Assembly (NCBI GenBank): GCA_964617645.1
Contig: CAZTYE010000007.1
Span: 88,203-152,202 of the forward strand
DNA length: 64,000 bases
Source: an uncultured Ignavibacteria bacterium
GTDB lineage: Bacteria; Zixibacteria; MSB-5A5; CAIYYT01
Direction: 5' to 3'
Under the pieces are notes generated by a model. The model worked only from the letters and a program-made list of their open reading frames with translations, had not been told where the DNA came from and ran no database searches. Both the position numbers and the translations under genes were made by a program. Position 1 is the first letter of the stretch; each line of letters starts with the position of its first letter. Shown one piece after another: positions 63,074-64,000 of the stretch.

Positions 63074-64000
63074 ATGAGCGCTATTGATACGACTACACGA
63101 ACTATGAATGTTCCATTCTACCGTCTGACACTGTCGCAAGACGAGATTGATGCCGTGACATCCGTACTGCGTTCGGGTTGGTTGACGACGGGCAAGGTGA
63201 CTCACCAATTTGAGGCAGAATTTGCAGAGCATGTCGGCGCCAAGTACGCTGTCGCCGTGAATTCGTGCACGGCCGCCTTACATCTTTCACTCATCGCCGC
63301 CGGAGTTGATCCGGGAGATGAGGTCATCACGACACCCTATACCTTCGTGGCGACCACAGAAACGATTATCCAGACTGGCGCCAAAGTCGTCTTCGCGGAC
63401 ACGCGGAAGGATTCACTGAATATCGATTTGGACAGTGTCGAGCGCGCCGTTTCCAAGCGGACGAAAGCCATCGTCCCGGTGTACATCGCCGGCGAGCCAA
63501 TCGACCTCGGCGCGATCGAACGCTTGCGCCGTAAGTACGGCGTCAAGGTCATTCACGACGCGGCGCACGCTCTTGGCACTTACTGGCGGGGAACTCCGGT
63601 CGGCGCGACGAACGACTTCACTTGCTTTTCATTCTACTCGACGAAGAATCTGACAACCGGCGAAGGCGGGATGATCACGCTCAACAACAAACGTCTGGCC
63701 GATAGGCTGCGCGTCATCGGACTGCACGGCATGTCGAAAGGCGCGTGGAAACGGTATTCAGGCGCAGGATCATGGAAGTATGAGATTCTCGACCTGGGCT
63801 ATAAGTACAACTTAACTGATATTGCGAGCGCGCTGGGGCTGATGCAGCTTCGCAATTTCAGCAAAATCCAGGAGTGCAGAGCTCGCGCCGCCGAATGGTA
63901 TCGCCGGCATCTGGGTGATATCGATGAGCTGGTCTTGCCGGAAACCCCCGATGGTGGCGTGCACGCCTGGCACCTGTACATTATTAAGCTGCGCCGCGGT
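63074..64000 (+). CDS. DegT/DnrJ/EryC1/StrS family sugar aminotransferase (partial, continues past window end)
   Basis: Hand translation from ATG 63074 gives MSAIDTTTRTMNVPFYRLTLSQDEIDAVTSVLRSGWLTTGKVTHQFEAEF…NSCTAALHLSL…FSFYSTKNLTTGEGG (PLP-Lys context), open to position 64000. Confidence 0.8.
   Translation, partial: MSAIDTTTRTMNVPFYRLTLSQDEIDAVTSVLRSGWLTTGKVTHQFEAEFAEHVGAKYAVAVNSCTAALHLSLIAAGVDPGDEVITTPYTFVATTETIIQTGAKVVFADTRKDSLNIDLDSVERAVSKRTKAIVPVYIAGEPIDLGAIERLRRKYGVKVIHDAAHALGTYWRGTPVGATNDFTCFSFYSTKNLTTGEGGMITLNNKRLADRLRVIGLHGMSKGAWKRYSGAGSWKYEILDLGYKYNLTDIASALGLMQLRNFSKIQECRARAAEWYRRHLGDIDELVLPETPDGGVHAWHLYIIKLRRG

Noticed and set aside
1-64000. CRISPR arrays, IS elements/transposases, integrases, rRNA genes
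   Set aside because: I found no direct-repeat/spacer periodicity, no transposase- or integrase-like ORFs, and no rRNA-like conserved stretches.

Overview
This is a high-GC (~60%) chromosomal segment from a flagellated, diderm bacterium, shown by the L/P-ring genes flgH and flgI, an Omp85-family protein and DsbD. I call about 60 genes, almost all on the + strand after 20.8 kb. The window contains, in order: (i) ppsR, then a protein with a C-terminal AHH-type HNH nuclease toxin domain, then a 798-aa glycine-zipper membrane protein, ending at a tRNA-Pro(GGG); (ii) housekeeping and transport genes: 2x[4Fe-4S] ferredoxin, LapA-like protein, the archease-RtcB RNA repair pair, a YidE/YbjL-family transporter, TauE/SafE, DsbD and a redoxin; (iii) a minus-strand operon: Omp85-like protein, ABC transporter, CrcB fluoride channel and DUF190; (iv) a CheY-like response regulator behind a sigma-28-type promoter, two secreted proteins (one an M14 carboxypeptidase) that share a dockerin-like double-repeat C-terminal tail, a prepilin peptidase and a PAS histidine kinase; (v) the conserved xseA-xseB-ispA-dxs-nadK block; (vi) a large flagellar regulon: flgF-flgG-flgA-flgH-flgI-flgJ(SLT fusion)-flgN-flgK-csrA-flgL-fliW, an 11-kb translationally coupled putative flagellin-glycosylation operon, a 730-aa flagellin (fliC), then flaG-fliD-fliS-hypothetical-flgM, an HDOD protein and a second DegT aminotransferase running off the window. 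Candidate regulatory sites I read directly from the sequence: a sigma-54 -24/-12 element before flgF; sigma-28 GCCGATAA -10 boxes before the response regulator, before a low-GC 69-aa ORF and before fliC; a sigma-70 promoter before the first dockerin-tailed gene; and several rho-independent terminators. I saw no CRISPR arrays, IS elements or rRNA. The two most interesting items are the glycosylation island with a radical-SAM/SPASM enzyme and the AHH-toxin module next to the tRNA.
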